Positions 9,958 through 18,504 of a stretch of 64,000 nucleotides of DNA are shown here, in pieces. How positions within the stretch are numbered: the first letter of the stretch is position 1; each line of letters opens with the position of its first letter. Location: the NCBI GenBank assembly GCA_039026915.1, contig JBCCLJ010000007.1:3651-67650 (forward strand). The letters are read 5' to 3'. The notes below the pieces were generated by a model. That model had not been told where the DNA came from, ran no database searches, and was given only the letters and a program-made list of their open reading frames with translations. Position numbers and translations under genes: made by a program. This stretch comes from Acidobacteriota bacterium (GTDB lineage: Bacteria > Acidobacteriota > Thermoanaerobaculia > Multivoradales > Multivoraceae).

Positions 9958-11307
9958 GTGCCCGGGGCCGCCGCTACAATGCGGGGCGTGACCTTCCCGC
10001 GCTTCGAGCCGTCTGCGGTTGCTCGCGCGCTCGGATATCTGCCAGAGGGCCCGGGCGAGTTCGCCGACGGGTACTTCGAAACCCTCACGGAGACTCGTCT
10101 CGGAGAGGACGGATACGCCGCGCGGAGTCGCGCCGAAGAGGGCTTCAGTCTGCGTCTGACCTCCTCCGGGTCGACCTACGTCGCAACGCGCGATTCGTGC
10201 AGCGAAGCCGACTTTCGCTCGGCCTACCGACAGGTGGCACGTACCCTGCCGAACACGCCGCTCGTTTGGCGCGAGCGAGAGGGGCGGGAGGTCGGCGGTT
10301 TCGAGGAGGGGGGACTCAGCGAGGAGCTGACGAGCGCGCCCAGGCGATTGCGCCGCCGGCTCGGCGAGCGCGGCTTCGGTCTCCGGTACCGCGCGACGTT
10401 TCTTCGCCACCATCGAGAAGTGCTCGTTGCCGCCTCGGAGTTCTGCGGACGGGTTCAGCGAGAGACCTTCTACAGTGTGGAGCTCGAGCTGCCGGGAGGC
10501 TTCTGGGGAACGCTTCTGCCCTCGCTGGGGGAGGGTGTGACCGAGTCTCTGGCCGATCTTGCCGCGGAGTTCGCGCGCTACGCCGAGTGCCGTCCCGCCG
10601 TCGTGCCGCCGACCACGGTCGTCCTCGGTCCGCAGGCGGCGGCTGTCTTTCTCCACGAGGCGGTCGCTCATACGCTGGAGGTCGACACCCTGGCGGCGAG
10701 CGGCGACCCTCGAGCCGCTCTGGGAATGGCCCTCGCCTCTCCGGCGCTGACCGTCTTCGACGACCCGGAGACCGCACCCCGCGCCGTGCGTCGCACGTCC
10801 GACGACGAGGGTATGCCTGTCGTGCGCCGCTGCCTGCTGCGGCGCGGCGCAGTGGAGCAGCTCATCGCCGACCGCTTCTGGGCTGAGAAGGTCGACGGTC
10901 TGATCCCCGGCGCAGGTCGGCGTGCGGACCGCTCGTATCTCCCAGGACCGCGCTCGTACCATCTCGAAGTGATGCCCGGAGAAGAATCGCCACAGCGTCT
11001 CCTTTCGAGCGTTGCCGAAGGCATCTACGTTCCTCTTTTCGTCAAGGGGCAGCTCGACAGCGTTCGAGGAACCTGCCGCCTGGATGCTCCCGGTGCCCTT
11101 CAGATCCAGAATGGCGAGATCTCTGGCCGGCTCGGTCGCTGTCGTTTCCAAGCGCCCGCTGCCGACCTGCTCGGAGCGGTTGCCGAGGTCGCTTCGGATG
11201 CGCAGGTCACCGGCGCCGGCTGGTGCGCCAAGTCCGATCAACGTCTGCCCGTCTGGGCCACGACGCCGACTCTGCTGCTCGATGCCGTCAGCGCGCGGCC
11301 CTGGTGA
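9958..11307 (+). CDS. tldD: TldD-family metallopeptidase
   Basis: It has a HExxxH zinc motif (FLHEAVAHTLE) and the TldD/PmbA fold. It is paired with a PmbA-like gene immediately downstream. Confidence 0.75.
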   Translation: MPGAAATMRGVTFPRFEPSAVARALGYLPEGPGEFADGYFETLTETRLGEDGYAARSRAEEGFSLRLTSSGSTYVATRDSCSEADFRSAYRQVARTLPNTPLVWREREGREVGGFEEGGLSEELTSAPRRLRRRLGERGFGLRYRATFLRHHREVLVAASEFCGRVQRETFYSVELELPGGFWGTLLPSLGEGVTESLADLAAEFARYAECRPAVVPPTTVVLGPQAAAVFLHEAVAHTLEVDTLAASGDPRAALGMALASPALTVFDDPETAPRAVRRTSDDEGMPVVRRCLLRRGAVEQLIADRFWAEKVDGLIPGAGRRADRSYLPGPRSYHLEVMPGEESPQRLLSSVAEGIYVPLFVKGQLDSVRGTCRLDAPGALQIQNGEISGRLGRCRFQAPAADLLGAVAEVASDAQVTGAGWCAKSDQRLPVWATTPTLLLDAVSARPW

Positions 11308-11312
11308 CCAAC

Positions 11313-12644
11313 ATGGATACTGGCGATCTTCTGGAAGAGGCTGCTGCGGCGACGGCCCGACTGCAGAGTGCCGCGAGTACGACCTCTCGGATCGAGACCT
11401 ATCTCAAGAAGGGGCGCTCGCGCACCTTCTCGCTCGAGCCGGCGGCCTCCGTCGTGCACAGCGACGAGCTCGGCTGGGCGGTGCGTGTTCACGCGGAGCG
11501 CGAGGCCGGCTTCGGATGTGGCTCGGGCACGCCGCGGATGCCCGCCCTCTCAGCGGGAGCCGCTCCCCTCGCACTGCCGACGCTCGAGGAGACGCAGGCC
11601 AGAGTCTCCCTGCCGCCCGTGCGAGACCTCGACGCCCCTTTGCTCAGCGAAGGGGAGGGCCTGGCCTGGTTGAGGAGCGTCGCCGAGCGCCTGAAGGACG
11701 AACTGCCCGGAGCTCGTCTGCTGCGCGGCGTGCTCGAGGACGGAGCTTCCTTGGGAGTCGTGGCTTCGAGCGAAGGCGTCACAGCTTCCTACCGACATCG
11801 GGTCGCGACTCTGAAGCTCGAAGCCGTCGGAGCCGATCCGCAGTACGGCGGTGTGTTCCTCGCGGCTTCCGCGCGCTCCGCGCGGAGCTTCGTGGCGTCG
11901 TCCGTGGCTCGTCGTCTCGCCGACCGGCTGGCCATCGCCGAAAGCGGCATCAGTCCCGAGGCGTCGACCTGCCGCGCGGTTCTCTCTCCTGAGGTCGCTG
12001 CGGCGGTCCTCGAGAGTCTGGCACCGATCTTCGTCGGTCCGGAACACTGGTCGATTGCCAGATCTCTGGCCGGGTCGGAAGCCCGCTGGGGGGTCTCCGA
12101 GCTGTCTCTGATCGACGATCCGCACCTCACGGAAGGGTTGCTACCACAAGCGCGAGACGGCGAAGGGGTTCCAACGCAGCGGACGGTGTTGGTCGATCGC
12201 GGTCGGCTCCGGCAGCCGATCCTGGGACGCGGCGACGAGGAGTTTGCCGAAGTCGATGGCCTTCCTCTCAGCGGCTGTCGCTATCGTCACAGCTATCGAG
12301 CGCTTCCTGAAGCGTCGCCGTCACACCTCTTCCTGCGGCACGAGCGGGCGGCCTCGGTTTCGCAGCTCGTGGGCGAGCTCGGTGGTGGCTACTACTTCAT
12401 CGACGTCACGGGGCCGGTGCGACGCCACTTCTCGGAGGGGTGGCTCGAAGTGCCGGTCTGTGGCTTTCAGGTCCGAGGGCAGCGCGCCACGGCCCAGGTG
12501 CGAGGCGCTCGGCTTCGGCTCGACCTGCGCCACGTCTTCCATTCGATTCTCGGCGCGGGTCGTGATCTACGCTTTCGGCCGCGTCGCGGCTGCATCGGTT
12601 CCCCGAGCCTCCTGGTGGAAGGCGTCGAAGTCGCGCCCGGCTGA
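11313..12644 (+). CDS. PmbA/TldE-family peptidase partner
   Basis: It is a TldD/PmbA family protein lacking the HExxxH motif. I set the start at the ATG at 11313 (MDTGDLLEEAAA), 6 nt after the tldD stop. The long N-terminal extension in the ORF track overlaps tldD and is unlikely to be real. Confidence 0.65.
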   Translation: MDTGDLLEEAAAATARLQSAASTTSRIETYLKKGRSRTFSLEPAASVVHSDELGWAVRVHAEREAGFGCGSGTPRMPALSAGAAPLALPTLEETQARVSLPPVRDLDAPLLSEGEGLAWLRSVAERLKDELPGARLLRGVLEDGASLGVVASSEGVTASYRHRVATLKLEAVGADPQYGGVFLAASARSARSFVASSVARRLADRLAIAESGISPEASTCRAVLSPEVAAAVLESLAPIFVGPEHWSIARSLAGSEARWGVSELSLIDDPHLTEGLLPQARDGEGVPTQRTVLVDRGRLRQPILGRGDEEFAEVDGLPLSGCRYRHSYRALPEASPSHLFLRHERAASVSQLVGELGGGYYFIDVTGPVRRHFSEGWLEVPVCGFQVRGQRATAQVRGARLRLDLRHVFHSILGAGRDLRFRPRRGCIGSPSLLVEGVEVAPG

Positions 12645-12764
12645 AGAAGCTCGACAGGCCGCAGGTCGCAACCCTGGAGTCGGGAGCCCGGCTGTCCAGA
12701 GATCAAGCAACCCGTAGCCGACGACCCGCATCGTCGGTCGAGCTGGACCGGCCCGTTGGCGAGT

Positions 12765-13976
12765 TCAGTCGCGAGCGGGTGCAGGAGCCGTCGTTGCGGG
12801 GCTGGGCTGGGGCACGAGGCGCAGATCGAGCTGCGCCGAGCTGCGGCGACCGGGACGGAAGCGGGTCGGCGAGCTCGACCGCGGCCGGTTCGTGTTGGAG
12901 CCCCGGTTCGTCGAGGGGCGTCGACCGGTGGAGCGCGAAGAACCGCGCGCGTTGGAGCGACGGGAGTTGCCTGCGCCTGCGGTCGGTGCCGCCTGGTTGA
13001 CGCGGGTCGTGCTCAGATCGCGAACGCTGAGAGTGCGTGACGGCGGCGTCTCGGCCTCGGCTTCGGGAGCCGCGCTGCGCTGCGTCGTTGCCTCGGGTTC
13101 GTCGTCGTCGGCTCGAGCCCGGAGATCTGCGCGGCGACCCTCGAGCAGCGCTTCGTCGTCCGGTGCGGGGCTCGGCGTTGGACTCTCCACGCTGCGAGAG
13201 TCCATGGACCTCAGATCGCTCGTGCTCAGTTCCTTCTCATCGGCCTCGACGCCCAGAGAGCGCAGCGTTGCTGCTTCGTCGCTGGCGACGGCGCCCTCAG
13301 CAGGTGCCGTCTCGGCTTCCGCGACTTCCGGCTCGGACGACAACAGGAGAGAGGCGACCCGGGTCGGCTCCGAGTAGATGCGCGGCGCGTCTTGCTGCGC
13401 GTCCGCCTCGACCTCGACGCGCAGGAGCGCCTCGGTGACGAGCTCGTTGTCGGTGATCTGAGGGTTGACGTCGGGCAGGGCGAGAAACGGGTCGAGCTCG
13501 AAGGCGCGCACGTAGGAGCTGATCGCTGCACGGTCGCGGCCCGCTCTCTCGAGTAGCGAACCGACCTGATAGTGCGTGCGCGCGTGGTCCGGGTGAAAGC
13601 CGAGAAGCTCCTGAAAGATGCTGAGGGACTCCTGGTTCTCTCCGGCGCTATCGAGCAGCAGGCCCAGGTTGAAGCCGGCGGCGAGATGTGAAGGATCCAT
13701 GTCCAGCGCTCGACGGTAGGCCTCGATCGCGGCCTGATTCTGCTCGTCGAGAACGAGCAGGTTCCCCAGGTCGTTGAGCGACTCGGCGGTGGCGCCCGGG
13801 CCGTAGGCGCGATTGCGCTGTTCGGCGATCGCGTCGGCGAGCGAAGCGTCCTGACTGGGCCCGGCAAAGAGCGCGGCGGAAAGCGCGATCAGGGTGATCG
13901 CGGAGAAGAGGGTCAGGGAGATCAGGGGGCGGCGCCGGTTCCGGGCGGGAGAGCGGCGACGAGCAGGGTTGCTCAT
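12765..13976 (-). CDS. Membrane-anchored TPR repeat protein with a long disordered Ser/Arg/Pro/Thr-rich C-terminal tail
   Basis: It has an N-terminal signal-anchor (LISLTLFSAITLIALSAALFA), then TPR-like repeats (AIEAYRRALDMDP, AISSYVRAFELDP), then about 180 aa of low-complexity sequence. Confidence 0.5.
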   Translation of the reverse strand: MSNPARRRSPARNRRRPLISLTLFSAITLIALSAALFAGPSQDASLADAIAEQRNRAYGPGATAESLNDLGNLLVLDEQNQAAIEAYRRALDMDPSHLAAGFNLGLLLDSAGENQESLSIFQELLGFHPDHARTHYQVGSLLERAGRDRAAISSYVRAFELDPFLALPDVNPQITDNELVTEALLRVEVEADAQQDAPRIYSEPTRVASLLLSSEPEVAEAETAPAEGAVASDEAATLRSLGVEADEKELSTSDLRSMDSRSVESPTPSPAPDDEALLEGRRADLRARADDDEPEATTQRSAAPEAEAETPPSRTLSVRDLSTTRVNQAAPTAGAGNSRRSNARGSSRSTGRRPSTNRGSNTNRPRSSSPTRFRPGRRSSAQLDLRLVPQPSPATTAPAPARD

Positions 13977-14115
13977 GTGGATTCCTCAGAGGTGTTGCGA
14001 AGCCCGTCAGTGTTGCAGAGCCTCGCCGCCGAGTGAACGGCAGGGTCGGGCGAGTGGAGCGTGTTCCCTCGTCGAGCGCGGCGGTTGCGGTCGCTGGATC
14101 GGTCTCTTCGAGACT

Positions 14116-14811
14116 CTACTTGACCGCCTTGGCTTTGAGTTTGGTCTTGCCGCCTTCTTCCGCGAGACGAAACTGCACCTGCGTGCAACCTGTCTTGGAG
14201 CGGATGGCCGCAGCCTGCTTGTTCAAGTAGCCCTGGAAGCTGCCGAGGTCGACCTTCGATGAGCCTTCGTAGAGCCCTTTGTAGAGCGCTGCCGCTGCGA
14301 TCTCTCCGATCGAGGATTCGACGAGAACGCCGGCATAGGCGTCGGGCCCTGTCCGGATCGGCGCTGCGCGCCGAATGTGCGCACGCCCCTCTTCGACGTC
14401 GCGCACGCGCCGGTTGAACATCTCGTTGTACGAGTTGAACCGCGCTTCGAGGCTGTTGAGCCGGAAGTTGTCGACCGATCCTTTGACCGCGGTCCGCAGG
14501 CGCCGGAGAGCCTGAGAGATGTGCGACTGCAATTCTCCCGGAGGCAGATCGTTGGCGCCGTTGAAGTACTTCTCGAACTCGATGCGCAGCTCTTTGAGCT
14601 GCTGATCGAGACGGTCGAGTTCTTGGTTCGTTCGCACAGGAAAGGGCAGCAAGAAAGGGAAGGGAAGCGAGGCCGGCGTGGGGTCGAAACGAGGCGCCCC
14701 AAGAACCGAATTGTATCTGCTCGTGCGCATTCGTGCACGTTTGAGCGCCGCTGGCAGAGTCTCGCAGGCCACGTTCTGGAAGCGGCGGCCGCTGAGAGAA
14801 GTCAGCGCCAC
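14116..14811 (-). CDS. Hypothetical protein, probably shorter than the ORF; a GTG start near VRTNQELDRLDQQ is plausible. Coiled-coil N-terminus and Lys-rich C-terminus.
   Basis: The frame is open with coiled-coil-like sequence (ELDRLDQQLKELRIEFEKYF) and a basic tail (GGKTKLKAKAVK). I recognise no family. The plus-strand ORF 14377.. overlapping it is the N-terminal shadow extension of selA. Confidence 0.35.
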   Translation of the reverse strand: MALTSLSGRRFQNVACETLPAALKRARMRTSRYNSVLGAPRFDPTPASLPFPFLLPFPVRTNQELDRLDQQLKELRIEFEKYFNGANDLPPGELQSHISQALRRLRTAVKGSVDNFRLNSLEARFNSYNEMFNRRVRDVEEGRAHIRRAAPIRTGPDAYAGVLVESSIGEIAAAALYKGLYEGSSKVDLGSFQGYLNKQAAAIRSKTGCTQVQFRLAEEGGKTKLKAKAVK

Positions 14812-14946
14812 ACCCGGTCTTCGAGGTCGCTCCGCCGATCAGGGATCGGTGGGCGGACTCGCAGCGGCCCGGGAGGCCGCGGAGCAGAAGGCTCGGGGTG
14901 TTCGGACAACGTCGAATCTGCGAGGAAACCTCGTAGACTCTGCAGT

Positions 14947-16389
14947 GTGAAATCGGTCGAATCATCGAAGGCTACGGGCGCCGAGAAAGCCGCCGCGGCG
15001 CAGCTCCTGAGGTCGCTGCCTGCGGTCGGTCAAGTGTTGGAGGCTCAGAAGATTCGAAGCCTCTTTCCTGTCTACGGACGAGAGGCCGTACGGGTCCAAG
15101 TGCGCCTGGAGCTCGACCGCTTGCGTCAGTGGCTCGTCGGCCGGGACGCAGACGCACCGGCGGACGAGTCGCCACCGACGGAGAACTCGCTTCGAGTCCA
15201 GATCGACGCACTGCCCCAGCGTGCAGCCGCCGCGCTCGCCCGGGAACACGGTGCTCCGCTGCGCCGCGTCCTCAATGCGACGGGTGTCTTCCTGCACACG
15301 AATCTCGGTCGCGCCGCGCTGCCTCTGCAGGTCGCTCGAGCGATGCCCGAGTTTCTCGACGCTTCGTGCGACCTCGAGATGAGCCTCGAGAAGGGGCGGC
15401 GTGCCAATCGAAACTCGCGCGTCGAGGGCCTGCTGCGCCTACTGACCGGCGCCGAATCGGCCGTCGTCGTCAACAACAACGCCGCGGCGCTCGTTCTCCT
15501 CCTGCAGCACACGTCGCTGGGCCGTGAGGTGATCGTTTCGCGCGGAGAGCTCGTCGAGATCGGAGGCTCGTTTCGCATTCCCTCGATTCTCGAGACGGCC
15601 GGCACCCGCCTGCGCGAGGTCGGCACGACGAATCGCACACGCATCGACGACTACGCGGCGGCCGTGAGCGAGACCACCGGTGCCTTGCTCAAGGTGCATC
15701 CCAGCAACTACCGGATCTCCGGCTTCACCGAGGGGACTTCTCCGGCGGAGCTCGTCGCCCTGGGGCAGGAGAGGGGAGTTCCGGTTCTGATCGACGAGGG
15801 CAGCGGTCTGCTTCGATGCAGCGATCGCCCTCAACTGCGCGACCACGACTCCCTTTCGAAGTTGGTCGCGGCGGGTGTGGACGCCGCTTGCGGCAGCGGC
15901 GACAAGCTCGTCGGGGGTCCTCAGGCCGGTCTGATCGTCGGCAAGAGCGCCCTCGTCGACGCCGTCAAGAAACACCCTCTCTACCGAGCGCTGCGGCCGA
16001 ATCGAGGCACGCTCTTCGCTCTGGAGTCCGTGCTGCGCCTGCATCTGGCCGAGGAGCCACTGCCGATCGATCGTCTCTGGACGCCAGAGGACCAGCTGCT
16101 CGCGCGGCTGGAACCGCTGGCTCGGGCGATCGACGCGGAGATCGTCGCGAGCGACGCCTTCGTGGGCGGAGGAGCAGCGCCCGAGGCGCCGATCGCAGGC
16201 CACGCTCTGGCGATCGAAGACTCGGGCAGCCTGCTCGAAGCGCTGCGAACCGGCCCGGTTCCCGTCGTCGGCTTCCTTCGCGACGGTCAGCTGATGCTCG
16301 ACCTTCGAACCGTCGATCCCCAGGACGACGAGAGAGTCGTCGCGGCGGTTTGCGATGCGCGCGAGCGGGTTGCGGGAGCCAAGCGGTGA
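14947..16389 (+). CDS. selA: L-seryl-tRNA(Sec) selenium transferase (selenocysteine synthase)
   Basis: It has the PLP-lysine motif CGSGDKLVGGPQAGLIVGK and KKHPLYRALRPNRGTLFALESVLRLHL, and its N-terminus LLRSLPAVGQVL matches SelA. I placed the start at the in-frame GTG at 14947. The track ORF extends upstream into the opposite-strand gene. Confidence 0.8.
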   Translation: MKSVESSKATGAEKAAAAQLLRSLPAVGQVLEAQKIRSLFPVYGREAVRVQVRLELDRLRQWLVGRDADAPADESPPTENSLRVQIDALPQRAAAALAREHGAPLRRVLNATGVFLHTNLGRAALPLQVARAMPEFLDASCDLEMSLEKGRRANRNSRVEGLLRLLTGAESAVVVNNNAAALVLLLQHTSLGREVIVSRGELVEIGGSFRIPSILETAGTRLREVGTTNRTRIDDYAAAVSETTGALLKVHPSNYRISGFTEGTSPAELVALGQERGVPVLIDEGSGLLRCSDRPQLRDHDSLSKLVAAGVDAACGSGDKLVGGPQAGLIVGKSALVDAVKKHPLYRALRPNRGTLFALESVLRLHLAEEPLPIDRLWTPEDQLLARLEPLARAIDAEIVASDAFVGGGAAPEAPIAGHALAIEDSGSLLEALRTGPVPVVGFLRDGQLMLDLRTVDPQDDERVVAAVCDARERVAGAKR

Positions 16390-17702
16390 ATGGCCGCGTC
16401 CTTCTCGTCGAGGACAAGGATTCGCTGCGCCGCCTGCTGAAGCGAGCTCTCGACAGCGAGGGTTTCGCGGTGCAGGCGGTGGGGAGCGCCGAGCAGGCAT
16501 ACGAAAGGCTCGCGGCGGAGCCCTTCGACATCGTTCTGACCGATCTACGTCTTCCGGGCGACTCGGGCCTCGAGGTTCTCCAGCGCTCGAGGGCGACGGC
16601 CTCCGATCGACCGGTGGTGGTGATGACCGCTTATGGCGACGTAGCGACGGCGGTCGAAGCGATGAAGCGAGGTGCTACCGATTTCCTGGAGAAGCCCGTG
16701 GAGATCGACGATCTCCTGGCCGTCGTGCGCTCCCACCTGGGTAAGGGAGACGTCGCCACGCTCGAGGTGGAAGGGGGCCCGACGCTGGTCGGCCGTCATC
16801 CCAAGTTCACGGCCGCGCTGAGGCTGCTCCGGCGCGTTGCCGAGACCGAGAGCACGGTGCTGCTGCTCGGCGAGAGCGGTACCGGCAAGGAGGTCTTCGC
16901 CCGCGCCCTTCATGGTCTGTCGCCACGCGTCGAGGGGCCCTTCGTTGCGCTCAACTGCGCCGCCATTCCGGAGGCGTTGATGGAGAACGAGCTCTTCGGT
17001 CACGAGAAGGGAGCGTTCACGGGGGCCACGTCGAGACAGCCGGGCCGGTTCGAGCAGGCGTCTGGCGGGACCCTCCTCCTCGACGAGATCGGCGAACTGC
17101 CGCTCGGCGTGCAGGCCAAAGTCCTGCGCGTACTGGAAGATCGTTCGTTCGAGCGCGTCGGCGGCGGCGAGACGCTCAAGGCCGACGCGCGGCTCGTCGC
17201 GGCGACGAACCGCGATCTCGGCGCGATGGTCTCAGCCGGAGAGTTTCGGCAGGACCTCTTCTACCGGCTCGACATCTTTCCGATCGAGCTGCCTCCGCTG
17301 CGCGATCGAGCGTCGGACATCGGTGACCTGGCGCGCCATCTGGTCACGCAGCTGACGAGTCGCGCCGGCCGTGCCGGGGCGCCTTCACTCTCCGGCGAGG
17401 CCGTGGAGCTTCTTTCCCAGCAGCCCTGGCCGGGCAACGTGCGTCAGCTCTCCAACGTGCTCGAGCGAGCGTTGATTCTGAGCGACGGCGACGAACTCCA
17501 GCGCTCCGACATCGAGGCGGTCCTCGGAACCGGCGCCGTGGGCCACATCTTGAAGACGAGCGAGCGTGACGAGCTCTGCACTGCGCTCGAGGAGAGCGGC
17601 GGAGACCGGCGTCGAGCCGCCTCGATCCTGGGGATCAGCACCCGCACTCTGCAGCGTCGCGTCAAGAAGCACGGCCTCGAGGGCTACCCCCACTACGGCT
17701 GA
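16386..17702 (+). CDS. Sigma-54-dependent response regulator (NtrC/PilR family): REC domain, AAA+ sigma-54 activator domain and Fis-type HTH
   Basis: It has a GTG start giving (M)NGRVLLVEDKDSLRRL with the REC aspartate in IVLTDLRLPGDSG. The AAA+ domain shows GESGTGKE and the GAFTGA motif, followed by a C-terminal HTH. The start overlaps the selA stop by 4 nt (GTGA). Confidence 0.85.
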   Translation: MNGRVLLVEDKDSLRRLLKRALDSEGFAVQAVGSAEQAYERLAAEPFDIVLTDLRLPGDSGLEVLQRSRATASDRPVVVMTAYGDVATAVEAMKRGATDFLEKPVEIDDLLAVVRSHLGKGDVATLEVEGGPTLVGRHPKFTAALRLLRRVAETESTVLLLGESGTGKEVFARALHGLSPRVEGPFVALNCAAIPEALMENELFGHEKGAFTGATSRQPGRFEQASGGTLLLDEIGELPLGVQAKVLRVLEDRSFERVGGGETLKADARLVAATNRDLGAMVSAGEFRQDLFYRLDIFPIELPPLRDRASDIGDLARHLVTQLTSRAGRAGAPSLSGEAVELLSQQPWPGNVRQLSNVLERALILSDGDELQRSDIEAVLGTGAVGHILKTSERDELCTALEESGGDRRRAASILGISTRTLQRRVKKHGLEGYPHYG

Positions 17703-17718
17703 CGTCGTCGGCGATTTG

Positions 17719-18504
17719 CTACGAGCCCGGAGTCGGCGCCCTGCCAGGGCTGAGCTCGTTGAAGGAGACGATGAACTCGATGTCGTCGTAGAAGATCTCA
17801 CCGTCGAAGTAGGCGCTGAAATTCGCTTTGTCACCGACACCGAGAACGTTGGCCGAGGCGGTCACCTTCTGGTTCGCCAGCAACGTACCGTCGGCGCTGA
17901 CGAGTCGGACCTCGATGACGATGGCGTCGACGGGCAGCGTGCCCGTGTTCTGCAGTGCGCCCCAAATCTCGACGCTTTCTTCGTCGACCTCGTCGGAGAA
18001 CTGGGCGTCGTAGTTGAGCACCTCGACGGCTGCCGGACTGGCGTCGTCAGCGTCGCCCTCGCCGGCTCCACTCGTCGTTCGTGTTTCACTGCCCTTCAGG
18101 TCGGAGCTCGTGGTCGTCTCGCTGCGACGGGGCGTAGCGGGCTTCGGCTCCGGCTTGGCGCGCTCGAAGCGCGTGACGTCTTTGTCTGTCAGCACCAGAA
18201 CCGGCTCCGCGCTCGCTGGCACTTCGACCGTTGTCGGTGGAGGAGCGTCTGCGCGCCGCATCGCTTCGAAGTCGACGGCGTCTCGTGGCAGGGACGTCAG
18301 GCGACCCTGGCGATCGCGAAAGACGATCCGGCTGCCTTTCTCCTCGATGGCTCCGTCGACCTCGATGCGCTGACCGTCCAGCGTGATGACCACCTCGGGC
18401 TCGGAGCTCGCCTCGTCGGCGGTCGCTGCGACCGCCGACCAGGAGAGAAGGAGCCCGACGGCAAGCAGAGCGGTGGCGCCGCGCCGGCACAGCGAGCCGA
18501 TCAC
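17719..18504 (-). CDS. Secreted hypothetical protein. It is a paralog of the 22766..23509 product and lies immediately downstream of pilY1.
   Basis: It has a signal peptide (ALLAVGLLLSWSAVAATA). The N-terminal region GQRIEVDGAIEEKGSRIVFRDRQGRLTSLPRDAVDFEA and the C-terminal ...IEFIVSF align with the protein encoded upstream of pilY1. A GTG start overlaps the pilY1 stop (GTGA). Confidence 0.5.
   Translation of the reverse strand: MIGSLCRRGATALLAVGLLLSWSAVAATADEASSEPEVVITLDGQRIEVDGAIEEKGSRIVFRDRQGRLTSLPRDAVDFEAMRRADAPPPTTVEVPASAEPVLVLTDKDVTRFERAKPEPKPATPRRSETTTSSDLKGSETRTTSGAGEGDADDASPAAVEVLNYDAQFSDEVDEESVEIWGALQNTGTLPVDAIVIEVRLVSADGTLLANQKVTASANVLGVGDKANFSAYFDGEIFYDDIEFIVSFNELSPGRAPTPGS

Noticed and set aside
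8295-10886. An 863-aa plus-strand ORF spanning the carboxyltransferase and TldD region
   Set aside because: It runs antisense through the well-supported carboxyltransferase gene and into the TldD region. Its composition is Arg/Gly/Ala-rich low complexity with no recognisable domains.
14812-14946. A search for a tRNA-Sec (selC) in the selA upstream intergenic region
   Set aside because: I found no convincing 8/5 acceptor-stem cloverleaf, UCA anticodon loop or GTTCGAATC T-loop by eye. A covariance-model search is needed before concluding that it is absent.
15439-16500. A 353-aa minus-strand ORF
   Set aside because: It is antisense to selA and to the regulator start, with no domain signal.
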